DNA from: Myxococcota bacterium
GTDB taxonomy: Bacteria; Myxococcota_A; UBA9160; UBA4427
Length of the DNA: 64,000 nucleotides
Reading direction: 5' to 3'
Assembly (NCBI GenBank): GCA_036336835.1
Contig: JAYZFK010000046.1
Location: forward strand, 64,001-128,000
This document shows positions 30,475-44,100 of the stretch, piece by piece. Every line of letters begins with the position of its first letter. Within the stretch, counting starts at the first letter, position 1. The translations under genes and the position numbers were made by a program. The notes under the pieces are model-generated. The model was not told where the DNA came from. It saw only the letters and a list, made by a program, of their open reading frames with translations, and did not search any database.

Positions 30475-31053
30475 ATGTCCGGCCAGGACCACGACAGCCT
30501 CCCGCTGAAGGCCGCGCTCGCCCGATACTTCGTCACGAACGGGTTCGCGCCGGACGGCGGATATGGCGCAAGCTGGGTGACCGGGAAATTCGGACCCGTT
30601 CCGTTCGCCTTTCCCAACCTCGAAGCGCGCGTTCGCGCGGTGCGTTTCCACGATCTACACCACATCGTTACCGGATATGACACCGACAGCGCAGGCGAGG
30701 GCGAAATCTCTGCCTGGGAGATCGCGACCGGCTGTGGGACCTTCTGGGCAGCCTGGCTCCTCAATTTGAGCGGAATGACCGTTCTCTTCCCAGTTGCTCC
30801 GAGGCGGATCTATCGCGCCTTCGTGCGGGGACGCCACAGCGAGAACCTCTACCGGCGCGAGTACGACTCGCAGCTCCTGGCCACTTCCGTCGGCGAGATC
30901 CGGCAACAGCTCCTGGGCGGCGAGACGATATCCGCCACGGCCCGAGACAGGGCGGCCTTCGGACTCTGGTTCGCAGTGGGAGCATGCGCCACGCTCGCTC
31001 CGCTCGGAATCCTGCTGGCAACGCTCGTCGCGGCGACCCGCTGGATCGCCTGA
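30475..31053 (+). CDS. Coq4-like putative metalloprotein
   Basis: HDxxH-x11-E motif (HDLHHIVTGYDTDSAGE); C-terminal hydrophobic helix. Confidence 0.65.
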   Translation: MSGQDHDSLPLKAALARYFVTNGFAPDGGYGASWVTGKFGPVPFAFPNLEARVRAVRFHDLHHIVTGYDTDSAGEGEISAWEIATGCGTFWAAWLLNLSGMTVLFPVAPRRIYRAFVRGRHSENLYRREYDSQLLATSVGEIRQQLLGGETISATARDRAAFGLWFAVGACATLAPLGILLATLVAATRWIA

Positions 31054-31072
31054 CCGCGCCGGGACAGTCACC

Positions 31073-31747
31073 TCACGCGAGGGGAAGGGCACCCCAGGCG
31101 ATCCAGTGGCGATCCGAGACGACCTCCACCCTCAGCCCCCCGAGATCGCGAACCTCGAGCTGCTCACGCACCTCGTCCGGAGTGTAGGCGGCGCAGAGCG
31201 ACGCCTCGAAGTCCCGCCGCAGCACCTCGGGCTCGCCGGCCGCATAGAGCTCGACGAGCTCGCGCACGCGCTCGCGAGACCCCGGACGGAGCAGATCCAT
31301 CACGAACAGCGACGCTCCCGGACGCGCGACAGCCCGCGCCGTCGTCCACAGACCCGCCGGATCGGCGAGATGATGCAGCAGGCTGTTCGAGAACACGAGA
31401 TCGAACGGCGCTCCGGGCAGCTCGCGGGCCGGGAGCAACCGCTCGTATAGATGAACGCGCTGCTCGAGCGCCGCGACGCGCGCCCCCTCGCGGCCGCGCG
31501 CGAGCATCGCTGCGGAGCCATCGACTCCGTACAGCTGCCAGCCCGCAAGACGCTCCGCCAGGCGCAGCGTGATCTCGGCTGGCCCACAGCCGAGATCGAC
31601 GCAAACACCGCTGGCCGGAAGCCCGCCCAGTCGACCGAGCAGCAGCTCGACGCAGTGCGCGTGGGGCAGCTCGAAATCGCCCTCTGCGTACGCACGGACC
31701 TGGTCGCTGTCGAGCATCAGCTCGGGCTCCGGGACTCGCTCCATCAT
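31073..31747 (-). CDS. Class I SAM-dependent methyltransferase
   Basis: RVPEPELM, DLGCGP, SNSLLHH. Confidence 0.9.
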   Translation of the reverse strand: MMERVPEPELMLDSDQVRAYAEGDFELPHAHCVELLLGRLGGLPASGVCVDLGCGPAEITLRLAERLAGWQLYGVDGSAAMLARGREGARVAALEQRVHLYERLLPARELPGAPFDLVFSNSLLHHLADPAGLWTTARAVARPGASLFVMDLLRPGSRERVRELVELYAAGEPEVLRRDFEASLCAAYTPDEVREQLEVRDLGGLRVEVVSDRHWIAWGALPLA

Positions 31748-31811
31748 CAGCCCTCGCTTCTCATGCGGGAGACCCCCCGCGACCGCTGCCGAGAGGCTCG
31801 GCGCCGCGCCT

Positions 31812-32357
31812 TCATCGCACGCGAGCTGAGATCACACGCCCGAGGTTCACGAGCCCCAGGGCCGACGCGACCGGCAGTCCAATCCACAGAGCCTCGTTTG
31901 CAAGCACGCGCATCCCCCGCGCACCAAAGGCGTGCGCCGGATCGATCGACGATGTCATGATCGGCCGAAACGGAGCGAACAGCCGCTCGTCGGAGAACGG
32001 GATCCAGAAGCCGACCCCGAGCCCGCCGTTCGTGAAGGCATCGAGCGCACCGTGAGAGGCCGTCGCCGCGGCGTAGCCGCAGCCGAGCAGCACACGCATC
32101 CGCACCGCTTCGCCTCGGTGCAGCAGCAATGGTGCAATGCAGCCGACGAGCAACGCGAAGCAGAGCGAATGACTGAAACCGCGGTGACCGAGGGGATGGT
32201 CGTAGGGCACACCGAGCCAGAAGCCCACGACATCCGCGTCGGGAAGCATCGCCACGGCGGCCAGTCCGACGATCAGCCGTCGGCTGCGCTGCGACGCCGG
32301 CAGAAAGGCGGCCAACGCTCCACCGACCAGCGCGTGCGCAAACACGGTGGGCATCAT
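31812..32357 (-). CDS. YdjM/YbcI-like membrane metal-dependent hydrolase
   Basis: LPDAD, HRGFSHS, SHGALD.FT.GG. Confidence 0.88.
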   Translation of the reverse strand: MMPTVFAHALVGGALAAFLPASQRSRRLIVGLAAVAMLPDADVVGFWLGVPYDHPLGHRGFSHSLCFALLVGCIAPLLLHRGEAVRMRVLLGCGYAAATASHGALDAFTNGGLGVGFWIPFSDERLFAPFRPIMTSSIDPAHAFGARGMRVLANEALWIGLPVASALGLVNLGRVISARVR

Positions 32358-32368
32358 TCAGGCCGGGC

Positions 32369-33409
32369 TCATGCCCGGTGCTCGAACTCCACGACCGTGC
32401 GACCGAGCGTCTCCCGCGCTTCCTGCCGAGCGAGCGCTGCGGCCGCCTGCTCGAGTGGAACGCGCTGTCCGACGAAGGGGCGAATTCGCTTCTCGGCGAG
32501 CCGACGCAGCAAATCTGCGTGGACTTCCTCGCCGAGAGTGCGCGGAAAGGGGTTGAACCCCGCCCTGCGCACCTCGCTCGGCAGACCATCGATGAACGAC
32601 GCGAGTACGCCGACCACGTCGATGTTGCCCGTAGCGATGGGGCGAAGCGGGCGTCCGGCGAAGCCGTTGTCGATATCTCCGGCAAAGCCAGCCATCACAT
32701 AACGACCCTCGCGCCGAACACAGCGCCAAGTCGGTTCGGTGATGTCGCCACCCACGAAATCACAGGCAATGTCGACACCCTCGCCGTCGGTCTCTGCGAA
32801 GACACACTCCGCGAAGTCCGCCTGCGTGTGGTCGACGACGACGTGCGCCCCGAGATCCCGACACAGCTTCACCTTGGCCTCGCCGCCGGCTGTCGCGATC
32901 ACGCGAGCCCCCACTGCCACACCGAGCTGAATCGCTGCAGAGCCCACGCTGCCCGCGCCGCCGTGAACTAGCAGCGTCTCGCCTTCGACGAGTCGGCCGC
33001 GTCGCAACAACGCCACGTGCGCGGTGTGGAAGGTCAACAGGAAGGCCGCGGCTTCGGCGTCGTCGAGGCCAGGCGGCGCTTCGTAGACGCCGCCCGCCGA
33101 CGCGAGCGCGTACTCGGCGATTCCGCCGATGGCCTGCAACGTCACGGCGACGACGCGCTGGCCGATCCACGACTCGGCCCCATCGCCGGCAGCGTCGACT
33201 ACGCCGCACGCATCCATCCCGAGGGTCACCGGAAGCGGGCGATTGACCGAACGCTGGCGCCCGTAGCAGGCGTGCACGTCGCTCGAGTTGAGACAGGCTG
33301 CTGCAACGTGGATCCGCACCATGCCGGGCCCCGGCTCGGGTCGCTCGAGCTCGACGATCTCGAGCGCCTCGGCCGGCGCAGCGTGGCGGACGACCTGGAG
33401 TGCCTTCAT
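32369..33409 (-). CDS. NADPH:quinone oxidoreductase (MDR superfamily)
   Basis: LVHGGAGSVG; MDR fold without structural Zn cysteines. Confidence 0.88.
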   Translation of the reverse strand: MKALQVVRHAAPAEALEIVELERPEPGPGMVRIHVAAACLNSSDVHACYGRQRSVNRPLPVTLGMDACGVVDAAGDGAESWIGQRVVAVTLQAIGGIAEYALASAGGVYEAPPGLDDAEAAAFLLTFHTAHVALLRRGRLVEGETLLVHGGAGSVGSAAIQLGVAVGARVIATAGGEAKVKLCRDLGAHVVVDHTQADFAECVFAETDGEGVDIACDFVGGDITEPTWRCVRREGRYVMAGFAGDIDNGFAGRPLRPIATGNIDVVGVLASFIDGLPSEVRRAGFNPFPRTLGEEVHADLLRRLAEKRIRPFVGQRVPLEQAAAALARQEARETLGRTVVEFEHRA

Positions 33410-33437
33410 GCGGCGACTCTACCAGCCTCTCGCGCGG

Positions 33438-34331
33438 CTAGGGGATGACCCGGCGCAGGAAGTCTCCGGCTCGCGTCAGCGCCTCGCGGCCTTCCGGAAA
33501 CATCGCTGCGAGACCGTGGAATCCGTGGATCATCTCGGCGTTGATCTCGAGCGTCACGTCGACACCGCAGCGACCTGCGTTGGCGGCAAGCCGCGTCGAA
33601 TCGTCGCGCGTCGTGTCGATCTCGCCAACTGACAGCAACAGCGGCGGAAGTCCGGTCAAGTCGGCATGCAACGGGCACGCGAGCGGATCGCGCACATCGC
33701 CGTCGGGACCAACGTAGTCGCGCCCTCGCGCCCGAATCCAGGGACCGTTGACGTATGGATCCACACCGCGCGGGTGGACGGCCGAATCGCCCGTCTGCTC
33801 GAGGTCGAACCACGGCGTGAGACCCACGAAACCCGCCGGCAGCGGCCTCTGCGCATCGCGCAGCTTGCACAGCGTTGCGAGCGCAATACCACCGCCACAG
33901 GAGTCGCCCACAAAGGCGACACGCGATGCCTGGATGCCCTGTGCGAGCAGCGCCTCGTAGACTCCGATCGTCTCGTCGATCTGCCTCGGGAAGCGCGCTT
34001 CGGGCGCGAGAGAGTACTGGTGTACCAGGAAGCGAGCGGGCATGTAGCGCGCGAGACCGGCACAGTACGGGATATAGTGCTCGAGCCGGGTCGCGACGAA
34101 GGCTCCCCCGTGCACCAGCAACACGACCCGATCCGAGCCTTCGACTTCGGGCGTCGTCACCCATGCACAGGGCACGCCGGCGAGCTCGAGCGTCTCGACC
34201 CTGGCATCGCCGGGCACCTTCGTCGGGTGGACCGCGGTCATCTTCTCGCGGACGAGCATCGTGTCGTCTGCGGCAACGGCCAGCCCCGGCTTCAGCGCCT
34301 TGCGCAGCTGTTCGTACTCGCTACTCGCCAC
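33438..34331 (-). CDS. HSL family esterase/lipase
   Basis: HGGAF, GDSCGG, MIHGF; GGAGG before GTG. Confidence 0.88.
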   Translation of the reverse strand: MASSEYEQLRKALKPGLAVAADDTMLVREKMTAVHPTKVPGDARVETLELAGVPCAWVTTPEVEGSDRVVLLVHGGAFVATRLEHYIPYCAGLARYMPARFLVHQYSLAPEARFPRQIDETIGVYEALLAQGIQASRVAFVGDSCGGGIALATLCKLRDAQRPLPAGFVGLTPWFDLEQTGDSAVHPRGVDPYVNGPWIRARGRDYVGPDGDVRDPLACPLHADLTGLPPLLLSVGEIDTTRDDSTRLAANAGRCGVDVTLEINAEMIHGFHGLAAMFPEGREALTRAGDFLRRVIP

Positions 34332-34398
34332 CAGCGCCTCCGCCACTCCGATCCCGAGCGGTGGCCAGCATACTGGATCGCCACGGCGTTGCGGCGGG

Positions 34399-34632
34399 TC
34401 ACTCCTCGGGCTCGTAGAACTCCACGTCGAGATCGTCGAGCTTGTCCTGCAAGAAGCCACGCGCATCGCGGATCGCCTGGTTGTAGACCGGCGCGCCGAG
34501 CTCGACGACCAGGAAGTCGAGCACGCGCTCGGCCTGGAACTCGGACAGCTCGATCTCGAACTCGGCATCTAAGAAACGGCGGAGCGAGCGCAGGACACGA
34601 GCGCGCGGCTCGTCCTCCAGTCGGATTCGCAT
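34399..34632 (-). CDS. DUF2164 family protein
   Basis: LDF...ELG..VYNQAI.DA pattern in a 77-aa ORF. Confidence 0.8.
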   Translation of the reverse strand: MRIRLEDEPRARVLRSLRRFLDAEFEIELSEFQAERVLDFLVVELGAPVYNQAIRDARGFLQDKLDDLDVEFYEPEE

Positions 34633-34745
34633 CGGCTGTCGATCAGTCGATCGCACAACGCCTCCTCTCACTCCTTGCCGTCGTCCCCGACGATCGAGCC
34701 ACAGCCCCGATCGCGCTCGAGCAGCTCCGCCCCGCTGCTCCTGGG

Positions 34746-35705
34746 TCAGGGCTCGAGCACGACCTTGATCGCGCCGCTGCCGCGTGCCGCCGCCGTCTCG
34801 AAGGCCAGGACAGCGTCGTCGAGCGGGAAACGATGCGTGATCAGTACGTCGGCGATCGCAGGGTCCGAGGCCAAGATCGAGGCCGCGATGTCGATATCGC
34901 GCCCGACGCTACGACGTCCGTACATCATGGAAGGCACGATCCGCACCTCCTTCATGCAGAGCAGGAAGCCGGGCAGCTCCATCCCCTCCCAGTAGGATGC
35001 GAGCAGCAGCAGCGTCGCCCCGGGACGCGCGAGCTCGACGCAGCGCGCGAGCGAGCTCGAGGTTCCGGCGGCGTCGACCACGATGTCGTAGGCCGAGTTC
35101 CCGGAAGACTCGGACTCACCGAGTGCACCTCCGCCAAGCCGCTCGCACGCCTCGAGCTGTGCCGCGTGACGCGCAACGAGGTCGACCGTGGCACCGCTCG
35201 CTCGGGCCACCGCGAGGGCAGCGAGCCCGATGGCGCCGCCGCCCACGATCACCACCCGCTGGTCACCGCGCAGTCCGATCTGGACGAAGCCGTGGACCGC
35301 GACAGCCGTCGGCTCGACGAGACACGCGTCATCGACACGCAAGCCCGCTGGCAGCCGGACCAGACAGCGCTCGGGCACGCGGACCTCGTCGGCCATTCCG
35401 CCATCGAGCACCGTCCCCATCACCATCGTCGGGCCGCGCACGCAGCGCTGGTAGTCGCCACCCAGGCAGAACTCACACTCGCCGCACGGCTGGATCGGCT
35501 CGACCGCGACGGACGTACCATCGTCGGTGACTCCGGCAAGTTCGTGGCCGAGCGTCGCCGCGATCGGAAACTCGGTGCCCGAAATCAAATGGAGATCCGA
35601 GCCGCAGATGCCAGCCGAACGGATGCGCACCCGCACGCCGTCACCCGGCGGGGCGGGAACCTCGACGAGCTCGACTCCTCCGTCTCGACAGCGCACCGCG
35701 CGCAT
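34746..35705 (-). CDS. Zinc-dependent alcohol dehydrogenase
   Basis: GICGSD, GHE, CGECEFC...C, GGGAIG. Confidence 0.93.
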   Translation of the reverse strand: MRAVRCRDGGVELVEVPAPPGDGVRVRIRSAGICGSDLHLISGTEFPIAATLGHELAGVTDDGTSVAVEPIQPCGECEFCLGGDYQRCVRGPTMVMGTVLDGGMADEVRVPERCLVRLPAGLRVDDACLVEPTAVAVHGFVQIGLRGDQRVVIVGGGAIGLAALAVARASGATVDLVARHAAQLEACERLGGGALGESESSGNSAYDIVVDAAGTSSSLARCVELARPGATLLLLASYWEGMELPGFLLCMKEVRIVPSMMYGRRSVGRDIDIAASILASDPAIADVLITHRFPLDDAVLAFETAAARGSGAIKVVLEP

Positions 35706-35819
35706 TCGATCCTCCGCACGATCTCCCGTTGAGCGCCACCGGGGCAGTCGACGATACCACTCCAGAGCGCGGCGGTGATGCGCTTTGACGGCGGCGCTCG
35801 AGCGAGCTTACCTGGGGCC

Positions 35820-36875
35820 GTGCCGCAGAGTCTCCTACACCACCGGACGACCGTCGCGATCGCAACCTTGCTCGTTGCAGGGGCCGCTGCGATGGCAGCC
35901 CTGGACGTCACTCCGACGCGCGAGTCGCTGTACGCCCCACACCGGGCAGACGACGGCCGCTTCTTCACCCCGTGGACCACGAGTGACCGCAGCCTGTTTC
36001 GCGCGCTGCGCTGGATGTTCTCGCGCAGCACCTACGCCGGCGTCGCGGCGCCGCCCACACCCGTCGTGCCAAACGATGGCACCTACCTGTCCGAGCCGAC
36101 CGAGCCCCCGTCACTCACCTGGGTCGGCCACGCCAGCTACGTCGTCCAGGACGGCGGCGACGTCTTCCTGACCGATCCGCACTTCACGCGACGAGCCCTG
36201 ATCCTACCGCGCGTGGCCCCGCCGGGTCTGCCGATCACGAGTATCCCGGGCGACTCGTTCGCAGTGATCTCGCACAACCACTACGACCACCTGGACGACG
36301 GGACCGTCACAGGTCTCGCCGCGAGCGTCGGCTGGTACGTCCCGCTCGGTCTGGCGGAGTGGTTTCGCGAACGAGGTCGCCGCGACGTCACCGAGCTCGA
36401 CTGGTGGCAGACGGCGACGCGCGGCCGCTGGAAGATCACGTGCCTGCCGTCGCAGCACTGGTCGCGACGGATCGGTCAGGCGGAGAACGCAACGCTGTGG
36501 TGTGCCTGGCTGATCGAATCGGACGAACGTCGCTACTTCTTTGCCGGAGACACTGGCTACTTCCACGGCTTCAGCGAGTTCGGCCGTCTCTTCCCGAACA
36601 TCGACGCCGCGCTGCTGCCGATTGGCGCATACGCGCCGCGCTGGTTCATGCGCTCGCAGCACATGGACCCCGCCGAGTCGTATCGGGCGTTTCGCGAGCT
36701 GGGTGCGCGGTTCATGATGGCAATGCACTGGGGCACGTTCGATCTGACCGACGAGCCGCCGGGTCACCCGCCGAGCGAGCTGCGCCAGGTGGTGTCAGAC
36801 ACGAACGGTGACCCCGCTCAGGTGCGGGTGCTGGCGGTCGGCGAGCGCTTCGTGCTGCCGTCGCGAGCTCCCTGA
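35820..36875 (+). CDS. MBL fold hydrolase, NAPE-PLD/RomA family, probably exported
   Basis: SHNHYDH, FAGDTG, PIGAYAPRWF, MHWGTF; start may lie between 35775 and 35820. Confidence 0.88.
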   Translation: MPQSLLHHRTTVAIATLLVAGAAAMAALDVTPTRESLYAPHRADDGRFFTPWTTSDRSLFRALRWMFSRSTYAGVAAPPTPVVPNDGTYLSEPTEPPSLTWVGHASYVVQDGGDVFLTDPHFTRRALILPRVAPPGLPITSIPGDSFAVISHNHYDHLDDGTVTGLAASVGWYVPLGLAEWFRERGRRDVTELDWWQTATRGRWKITCLPSQHWSRRIGQAENATLWCAWLIESDERRYFFAGDTGYFHGFSEFGRLFPNIDAALLPIGAYAPRWFMRSQHMDPAESYRAFRELGARFMMAMHWGTFDLTDEPPGHPPSELRQVVSDTNGDPAQVRVLAVGERFVLPSRAP

Positions 36876-36880
36876 GCGCT

Positions 36881-39226
<2,346 letters not shown>

Positions 39227-39532
39227 GGGCCGAGGATAGCTCGACCGGTCCCGCCGCTGGGCCTGCGCGCAGCGCGGCGGTCTGGCTACCTCATTGCCGG
39301 GGGCGGATCGGCGCGACCGCCCTGTGGGGCCACCTGCTCGCGGACTCCGCGGCGCTCACCCTCGGGCCGGCCGTGCGGGTCGGCGCGCTCGACGCCGCGC
39401 CCGTTCGCGTGCGAGAATTCCGCACTTCGCGCATGGTTGAGTCGGCCCGGTCGATGCCCTCCAGCGCGCACGCTGGGCGGCGGCCGCCACAGTCGAGGCC
39501 GCTGCATCCACCTCGAGCCCGGAGAAACCCAC

Positions 39533-39931
39533 GTGTCGCAGGACTCGACCCGCTGGCTTCGCATGGCCTTGAAGGCCAACGGAGTCTTCTCCGCGCTCTC
39601 GGCGCTCGTGCTGTTGCTCGGTGATGGCCTGGTGGCGGCGCTGCTCGGAGCCTTCGACGCGCTCGGCCGCATCCACTTCGTCGGCCTCGGTCTCGGCGTC
39701 TTCGCGGCCTCTCTGTTCTGGCTCGCGACGCGCGACCGCATCGCTCCCGCCCTGACCAAGGCCGTGATCGCCGCCGACCTGCTCTGGGTCGCCGGAAGCG
39801 GACTCGCCATCGCCACCGAAATGACGAGCGGCCAGGGGACATGCGCGGTCGCGATCGTCGCCGGTGTCGTCGCCCTGCTCGCGCTCGCCCAGGGCCTTGC
39901 CCTCCGATGGGGGCCAGAGTCGAATCATTGA
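39533..39931 (+). CDS. Hypothetical membrane protein (about 4 TM)
   Basis: GGAGA RBS before GTG; four hydrophobic segments. Confidence 0.7.
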   Translation: MSQDSTRWLRMALKANGVFSALSALVLLLGDGLVAALLGAFDALGRIHFVGLGLGVFAASLFWLATRDRIAPALTKAVIAADLLWVAGSGLAIATEMTSGQGTCAVAIVAGVVALLALAQGLALRWGPESNH

Positions 39932-40123
39932 TTCGAGGACGCTCCGAAAGGAGCCTGCCCGTGACCAGGTCGCGCGCAACGTGACCCGGCCTCGCACTCC
40001 GCGCCCGCGTGAACCACCATTACGGCTTTGGCAGCAGCTTCATCGACCGCTGGCTGCGCACGGCGTGGAGGAACTGGCCCGCTCTGCGCGAGCGCGTTCT
40101 CACAGGCGACGCGTTGCCGCGAC

Positions 40124-41038
40124 TCAGCGAGCGGGGGTGAACCCGGCGGTCCGACGGCTCGCGAGCCATGCCTCCACGGCAAACACGCCGAGCGCGAGCC
40201 AGACACAGCCGAACGTCCAGGCGTATACCCCCGCGAACGGCTCGCCGTAAACCGCCACCGCCAGCACGAACGCAATGCTCGGCGCCAGGTACTGCAGGAC
40301 GCCGATCGTCACGAGCGGCAAACGCCGCGCCGCCGCATTGAACAGCACCAGCGGTGCCGCCGTGAGCAGACCAGATGCCGCAATGAACGCATCCCACCCG
40401 AGCTCTCCCCGTGGAATCGTCCCGCGGCCCTCGACCGCCAGCCACAGCACAAACCCCAGGGCGGGAACCGACAACAGCGTGGTCTCGACGCCGAATCCGG
40501 CCACCGGCTCCACCGGGGCCAGCTTGCGCACCAGGCCGTACAGCCCGAACGAGACCGCGAGCACCAGAGAGATCCACGGCAGCTCTCCGAGCGCGTACAC
40601 GAACTGCCCCACACCAAACGCCGCGATCGCCACTGCGAGCCACTGGAGCGGGCGCAATCGCTCCCGCAGAACGAGCAGTCCCAGCACTACATTGATCAGG
40701 GGATTCAGGTAGTAGCCGAGGCTGGTCGCGAGCACCTGTCCGCTGGCCACGGCGAAGATGAACACGAACCAGTTGATCCCCAGCAGCAGCGACGCAACCG
40801 CCACCGGCAATACTGCCCGGGGCGAGCGCAGCGCCGTTCGGTACTCGCCGAAGCGGCGCGTGGCGGCCAGCAGCCCCATCGCGATCAGCGCTGACCACAG
40901 CACGCGGTGCGCCAGTACCTCGATCGGCGCAAAGTCCTGGAGGGCCTTCCAATAGGCCGGAGCAAAGCCCCAGATCGAAAACGCGACGAGCCCATAGAGC
41001 ACGCCCGTGGCTTCGCGCGAGTGCGGCGCTCGGGGCAA
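40124..41038 (-). CDS. rarD: EamA family transporter RarD
   Basis: AHRVLWS, NWFVFI, SLGYYLNPL, YGLVRK, LQYLAP. Confidence 0.93.
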   Translation of the reverse strand: MPRAPHSREATGVLYGLVAFSIWGFAPAYWKALQDFAPIEVLAHRVLWSALIAMGLLAATRRFGEYRTALRSPRAVLPVAVASLLLGINWFVFIFAVASGQVLATSLGYYLNPLINVVLGLLVLRERLRPLQWLAVAIAAFGVGQFVYALGELPWISLVLAVSFGLYGLVRKLAPVEPVAGFGVETTLLSVPALGFVLWLAVEGRGTIPRGELGWDAFIAASGLLTAAPLVLFNAAARRLPLVTIGVLQYLAPSIAFVLAVAVYGEPFAGVYAWTFGCVWLALGVFAVEAWLASRRTAGFTPAR

Positions 41039-41165
41039 CCTGAATCTCCGGTTCGTCGGCAGCGCGAGAGTCCGAGGCTAGCAGCCCGCTCTCATCACGC
41101 GGCCCCCCTCCGGCTCCAGCGCCGAACGGACCGTGCTGCAATACGGCCGGCTCCGAGACCGGCTG

Positions 41166-44100
41166 CTAGTTGACCTGCGTCAGCGTCTTCCCGTGCACGA
41201 ACTGGCGCACATCCTCGCTGACCATGTACAGACACGGCACCAGCAACAACGATATCGCGCTCCCGAATAGCACTCCGAAGCCGAGCGACGTCGCCATCGG
41301 GATCAGGAACTGCGCGGACACGCTCGTCTCGCGCAGCATCGGCGTGAGTCCGGCAAACGTCGTGATCGATGTCAGGACGATCGGGCGGAAGCGCGCGACA
41401 CCGGCCTCGCGGACCGCGTCCTCGATTGGGACGCCTCGCGCCCGTCTCCCGTTCACATAGTGAACCAACACCAGACTCGAGTTCACGACGACTCCCGTGA
41501 GCGCCACGACCCCGAAAATCGACATCATGCTGTAGTTGAACGTCCAGTCCGTGAAAATCTCGCGCGCGAAGTACATGAACCAGTGGCCGAAGATCGCGCC
41601 GACCAGCCCAAACGGGATCACCGCCATGATGATCAGCGGCTGGAAATAGGATCGAAGTGGGATCGCCAGCAGCGCGTAGATCAGGATCAGCGCGAGCGGA
41701 TAGTCGAGCGCCAGACTGCCGACCGACTGCGACTGCTCGGCCTGCTGTCCCTCGAGCCCATAACCCAGCCCCGGATAATCGGCCGCCAGCGTCGGCAGAA
41801 ATTCGGCTTGCAAGTCGGCGATCACCTCGCCCGCGCTCGCCTGCGTCTCGTCGAGCTCCGCCGTCACGTTGATCACGCGCTTGCGATTCGCGCGTCGGAT
41901 CGTCGAGAAACCACGTCCGAGCTCGACGCGCGCCACCATATAGAACGGAACCTCTCCACCGGTTGGCGTACGGATCCGCAGCGAATCGAGATCGGCGAGC
42001 GCGCGCCGCTGATCGAGCGGATAGCGAATCATCACGCGAATGTCGTCGCGTCCGCGCTGGATGCGCTGCGCCTCCGCGCCATAGAAGGCCTGCCGTACCT
42101 GCCTCGCGAGGTCGTCCAGCGTAAGGCCCAGCGTCTCCGCCGCCGGAAGGATCGACAGCTTGATCTCCTGCTTGCCCTCGCTGAACGAGTCGTTGATTTC
42201 CGATACGCCGGCGTACGTCGCCAGCTCCTGCTTCAGACGAGTCGCCGCAGCTCTGAGGTCGTCGGCGTCAGCCGAATCGAGCTGGATCTCGATCGGATCG
42301 CCGAGCGAGAAGAAGTCCGAACGAAATTCGAGCTTCTCGACATCGGGAATCGGGCGCGCCTGTGCCTGCCAGCGGCGCGTGATGTCCTTGGCGCTGAGCG
42401 GCCGCACGTCGCCGCTCAGGACCTCGATGACGACCTCTCCCAGCTGGCTGCCCGACGTCCTGTTCTCGTTGTCTGGACCGCCGGCGATGTTCAAGGGCTG
42501 CTGCCCCACCGAAACCATGACGTGCTTGATGAGAGACTCGCCGTCGACCGTGTACTCGGCGTCGAGCTCTTGCTTCAGTCGGTAGGCGGCCGCCTCGAGC
42601 TCGAACACCGCGGCTTCCGTGCGCTCGACGGGCGTGCCCTGCGGCATCGTAATGTCGGCGATCAGATAGTCGCTCTCGATCGGTGGGAAGAACGAGAAGA
42701 AGAGTCGCGCGTCGCCGATTCCGTACCTCAGCGAGGCGATCGAGACGGCGAGGATTCCCACACCGGCGGCGATCACCGCATAGCGCCACACGAGCGCGCT
42801 CTCGAGCCGAGGCGCGTAGACGACTCGCGCGACCCACTCGAGACTGCCAGACATGCGACGCTGCGCCGCGCGAAAGCGCGCGGCGAGAGTACCGGGCGCT
42901 ACGGGCTTCTCCTCCGAGGACACCTTCATGTGGCCAAGATGCGCGGGCAGCACCAGCTGCGATTCGATCACCGAGAAGATCAGGCACAGGATCACTGTCA
43001 TTGCGATCGCGCCGAAGATCTGTCCCATCTCGCCCGGTGCAAGCAGCATCGGCAAGAAAGCCGCAATCGTCGTGAGCACTCCGAAGATCACGGGGACGGC
43101 GACCTCCTGGGCGCCCCGGATTGCCGAGTCGAGCGGATCCTCCGCATTCTCCTGGTGTCGGTGGATGTTCTCGCCCACCACGATCGCGTCGTCCACCAGG
43201 AGCCCGAGCACCATGATGAAACCAAACGACGAGATCACATCGATCGAGACGCCGGCCATCGGAAACACGTAGAGCGCGCCGAGCATCGATATCGGAACGC
43301 CGATGCTGACCCAGATCGCGAGCCGCAGGCGCAGGAACAGCGCCAGCACGATGAATACCAGCACGAAGCCGGTCGCACCGTTGCGAAACATCAGCGAGAG
43401 GCGGTCGCGCAGGCCCTGCGAGCTGTCGCGCCATACGGTGAGCTCGATGCCTTCGGGCAAGCGCGCCTGCATCTCGATCAGATACTGATTCGTCGCCTCG
43501 ACGACCTCGAGCACGCTCTGCTCACCGACCCGGTCCACCTTCACGGTAACCGCCGGGTTGCCATCGAAGGTCGCGTAGCGCTCGTCTTCCTCGAAGCCAT
43601 CGACCACATTTGCGATCTCGCCGAGCAGTAGTCGCGTTCCGTCCTCGCGCGTGCGTACCACGATCCGCTCGAACTCGGGGGCGCTGTAGGCCTGGCCCTT
43701 GGTGCGCAGCAGCACCTCGCCAGCGCGTGTCTTGATCGAGCCCCCCGGACGGTCGAGCGACCCGCGACGAACGGCCCGCACGACCTCGTCGAACGAGAGG
43801 CCGTACCGGCGCAGCGTCTCCTCCGCGACCTCGATCGCGATCTCGTACCGACGGGCGTTGAACAGGTCGACCTGCGTCACCTCGGGAAGCGAGGAGATGC
43901 CATCGCGAACACGCTCGCCGAACACCTTGAGCGATCGCTCGTCCGTATTGCCCGAGACGGCGATCTGCATGGCCGTGCGACGCGAGCTCACATAGTTGAC
44001 GATCGGCTTCTCGGTCTCCTCGGGAAAGGTGGTGATCGAATCGACCGCGTTCTTGATCTCGGAAAGCGCGCGGTCCACCGGATAGCCCTGCAACAGCTCT

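Noticed and set aside
33888..33912. GDSCGG instead of GDSAGG in the HSL esterase
   Set aside because: The catalytic Ser is intact and the substitution is conservative; no evidence of altered function
41460..43631. Long antisense ORFs such as this 723-aa one, 24611-26743 and 33666-35732
   Set aside because: Typical stop-poor shadows of real genes in high-GC DNA; Arg/Ala-rich with no recognisable motifs
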